Assembly (NCBI GenBank): GCA_012295275.1
Contig: CM022667.1
Coordinates: forward strand, 9,300,001 to 9,364,000
Reading direction: 5' to 3'
Source of the DNA: Chrysomallon squamiferum
Taxonomy: Eukaryota; Animalia; Mollusca
Length of the DNA stretch: 64,000 nucleotides
Both the position numbers and the translations under genes were made by a program. Under the pieces are notes generated by a model. It was not told where the DNA came from. It searched no databases and worked only from the letters and a program-made list of their open reading frames with translations. Shown piece by piece: positions 60,050 to 64,000 of this stretch. The stretch's first letter is position 1, and every line of letters starts with the position of its first letter.

Positions 60050-60125
60050 ACATTTAGCTCTATCAGCCGGTAGCCAGGAGCGATCCCAGTATCTCATCGT
60101 CTTGAGGCTGATACTACTGAAGACA
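60050..60125 (-). mobile_element. Possible SINE remnant
   Basis: Minus strand TCAGCCTCAAGACGATGAGATACTGGGATCGCTCC resembles the anticodon/B-box region of tRNA-derived SINEs. Confidence 0.2.
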
Positions 60126-60639
60126 GATTTGTATCGCCTGATGTTTACTGTTTTACTTGCTGACAACACTCCCACCCGTCACCTGACCTCGGTCAACGGC
60201 TGGCTAAGTCGTGACCATCGTGGACGTCGCTGCTTTCGGTGATTTGATTTATTGGCCGGCAGCACGCACGTGGATTTCCGTGGTCGAAGCTGGACAGTAA
60301 GCAGTCCAGCGCGTGGTCAGAAATTCAGTTCTCGTTTCGCCTCTGTTCATTTCACTGCCGTTCGTTATGTTCGGCGGTCACGTCGTTGTTAATTAATTTG
60401 CAGATTAAGAGCTGATCATCTCAGCTCTTGTTTATTGCTGATAACCGTTGTGCTGAAAAGTACTGCCGACGTCCCGGTTATTGCTACTGCTACAAAATAC
60501 GTCTGATGCAGCTACAACAACAGCGGCTATTAAAACATCTATTAAAAAACAACAACTACAGAAAATAATAATAATAATAAATAAATAAATAAAATAAATT
60601 AAAAAAAATATATTAAAATTAACTGCTACATTTACCACT

Positions 60640-60659
60640 AATACTGATGCTGCTGCTTC

Positions 60660-60695
<36 letters not shown>

Positions 60696-61047
60696 CACTG
60701 CTACCACCATTACTACCAATACTTTTACTCTTGCCGCTGCTACTACTGCTATTACAAATACTGCTGTTGCCACTACTACTACAACTATGACTACTTTTAT
60801 TACCACTGTTGCTGCTATTACTACAACGGCAGCTACTACTACTGCTATTACTGCTGCTGTAGTACTACTGATAATAATAACAGTATTAATAATAATAATA
60901 GTAGTAGTAGTAGTAGTAGTAACAGTAGTAGTATTAATAATAATAATAATAAAAGCAATAATAATAATAATAATAGTAATAACAATAACAATATTAATAA
61001 TAATAACAATAATAATAGTAGTAGTAATAATAGTAGTAGTAACAGTA

Positions 61048-61090
<43 letters not shown>

Positions 61091-61280
61091 GAAGGAGAAG
61101 AAAAGAAGAAGAAAAAGAAGAAGAAGAAGAACAAAAGAAGAAGAAGAAGAAGAAGAAGAAAAGAAGAAGAAGAAGAAGAAGAAGAAGAAGAAGAAGAAGA
61201 AGAAGAAGAAGAAGAAGAAGAAGAAGAAGAAGAAGAAGAAGAAGAAAAGAAGAAAGAAGAAGAAGAAGACGAAGAAGAAA
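60640..61280. repeat. Triplet-repeat series (CTA)n, then (AAT/TAG)n, then (AAG)n
   Basis: Direct reading. Confidence 0.95.
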
Positions 61281-62418
61281 ACCACTGATACATATATATA
61301 CATATACACGCCAGCTCTGTCACTTTGTCTCGCCCGCAGACTGACCGCTACGTGAGTCACGACACAACTGTATCAATACATCTCAGTCTCCTTGCACATC
61401 TCCGTCAAGACCGAGATAATAGCAGTGTCTACACACTCACCAGGGAGTATTGACATACTTCAATACAGTCAAAGATTCCCTCAGCCAAACAAATAACTCA
61501 TCGGCTTCGAAGACTGTAAAATATATTTAACCAAATTATTAATTTCCCTGCAGTGTTCTTTAAAACGGGATTTCTCCTTCGATGACAAACAGCATAAATC
61601 TTTTTGCAGCCAAAACAGCCAGATGTCAAGATTTACTTAATACCCCCCATTTCGCCCCCTTTATACCCTCCCCCCCCCCCCTCTCTCTCTCTCTCTCCCA
61701 TAATTGGTTAATTCTGGCCCTGGCAAATAATTTGATTGTCTGGTCATCATATACTTAAAGAGATATTCAGTTTAGATCTGGTAGTAATGGCCCATATTGT
61801 TTTTGTTCTGATGAGCTTAATACCTATAATAGTGATAGTTGTAATACCACTGATAGTAATAATAGATTTAGAAGCAGTATTAAAGTTGACTGATACTGAA
61901 AGAGATATTTATTTTAATTCAGCACATCTTATCTGATATGCTTGTATTTATTTTCGTAATGAGTTATTACCTAGTCGTCAGTTTAAATAAAGATAAAAAA
62001 AAAAAAAAAATAATAAAAAAAAAAATAATAAAACACACACACTAGATCAATATATAAATAAACAGAAGATAGGAAATAAAATAAAAATAAGAAAAAAAAA
62101 ACCCGAGAAATAAACTACTACTATAACTACGACAACGACTACTACTACTGTAACTATTATTACTACTACTGCTGCTACAATAACTATTATCGTTATAACG
62201 TTACCGCTGCTACTACTACTACTACTACTACTACAACAACTACTACTACCATTACCATTACTATTGCTAGTACTATTATTTTTACAATAAATATATCTTA
62301 CAAACCACAGCACCCACCACCAAAAACGACAACAACAACAACAACAACAACAACAATAATAATAATAGTAGTAGCAGTATTAGTTATAACAGTAGTAATC
62401 GTGGTATTAATAATAATA

Positions 62419-62476
<58 letters not shown>

Positions 62477-63145
62477 TGATGATGATGATAATGATAATGA
62501 TCATAATCTAAAAACAATAGTAATAGTAAAAACAACAATGATAATAATAATGATAATAAAAATAATAATAGTAATAGTAATAACAATAATACGATAATAA
62601 TAATAATAAAAATCAACAACAACAACGACAACAACAACAATAAGAAGAAGAAAAACAGGAACCATCCATGCTTCTAACGATACGTACATGAAAAAAAATC
62701 TGTAGACTAATTTAGCTGACTACATGAAAGGTATCTACTAAATCTACAAAATATCTAGAATGTCAGAGATCTACTTAATATGTTTTCTGCTGCAACTGAC
62801 AGGACGGAATGTCGGGTCAAAACCATCCCATTTCAAAATGGGTCACAGAGATCCAGATTTAATCTTTTCTGTGATCTTCGTTTTTACTTTTAATTGGATT
62901 CTCTTCACGTATTTCATACATATACAGCGCATTTCTGTTGTAAAATATGTTGTAGGAGATGCGGCCAGTAATTTTAATTGTAATAATTAATAATGTTGTA
63001 GTAGATGTATCAGTAATATTAGTAGTAATAATAGTAGTATTTTAATTTTAATTTTAATCTTTTTAATATTTTATTTAAATTACATGTGTCAGGTTTTAAT
63101 AATAATAATAATAATAATAATAATATGTATCTATCTAAATATCTA

Positions 63146-63176
<31 letters not shown>

Positions 63177-63187
63177 ATCTATCTATC

Positions 63188-63224
<37 letters not shown>

Positions 63225-63341
63225 AAAGTAAAATAAATAAATAAATTACACAAAAATTAATAATTATAAAATTAAAATTAAAATAAAATAAAACTAAAAA
63301 AAATACGAAAAGTAAGAAAGAAAGAAGGAAAGAAGGAAAAA

Positions 63342-63381
<40 letters not shown>

Positions 63382-64000
63382 AAAGAGAAATCTTTAAAAG
63401 ATTGAAGTAAAGAATGTTTCTGGTTCATCTGATAGCAAACACGAAGGTTTTCGTGATTTATTAAACTTTAGATTGATTGCAGTGTTATGATTTTCCTAAC
63501 CCTGAATCGAATAATTTCTTTCTATTTTTGAACCGAGAATGATTAAAAGGCAATTTCACATTTAGATATTTTCCTTTAAAGTAGATTTACTCTGAACAAT
63601 TATTTTGGTCTGTTATTTTACATATATCATTTTGTTAATATAGTTTTTTCTTCTTTTTTCTCTTCTTTCTTTTTTAAAAGTACTACTACTACTACTACTA
63701 CTAATACTACTACTATTACTACTACTACTACTAATATACTACTATAACCACAACTACTACAACCAGTAATAATATTGCAATTACTACTGCTACAACAGCA
63801 ACTACTACTATTACCACTACCACAACAACTACTACTTCTACTACTACTACTAATATTATTATTACTACTAGTACAACAACTACTACTACTGCTACTATAA
63901 CTACTGCTGTTACTTCTATTACTACAACTACTACGATTACTACTGCAACTGCAACTACTAATACTAATAATTATTATTAAAAGATAGATAGATAAACTAA

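Overview
This is AT-rich animal genomic DNA with a very high microsatellite density; a lophotrochozoan or other marine invertebrate is my inference, not something the sequence proves. Most ORFs in the supplied track are translations of simple repeats. Two real protein-coding genes lie on the minus strand. (1) A complete formin of 16 coding exons (15310 to 1130, 2424 nt, 807 aa). I assembled it by hand; every intron is GT-AG and every exon phase matches. Its architecture is PH-like + PH + disordered linker + one short polyproline tract + FH2, with almost no C-terminal tail, which fits the little-studied PH-domain-containing formin (PHCF) subtype. (2) A GC-rich rhodopsin-class GPCR with an intronless CDS (21919 to 20888, 343 aa), of the FMRFamide/peptide-receptor-like type. 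It lacks the usual TM3-ECL2 cysteine pair and has an upstream ORF. The remaining ~42 kb (22-64 kb) has no supportable CDS. It alternates microsatellite blocks with CpG-containing unique islands that carry three co-oriented CTCF-like motifs, an ETS-site array, E-box and CRE palindromes, several minisatellites, SINE-like remnants and a possible distant non-coding first exon. No prokaryotic features are present.
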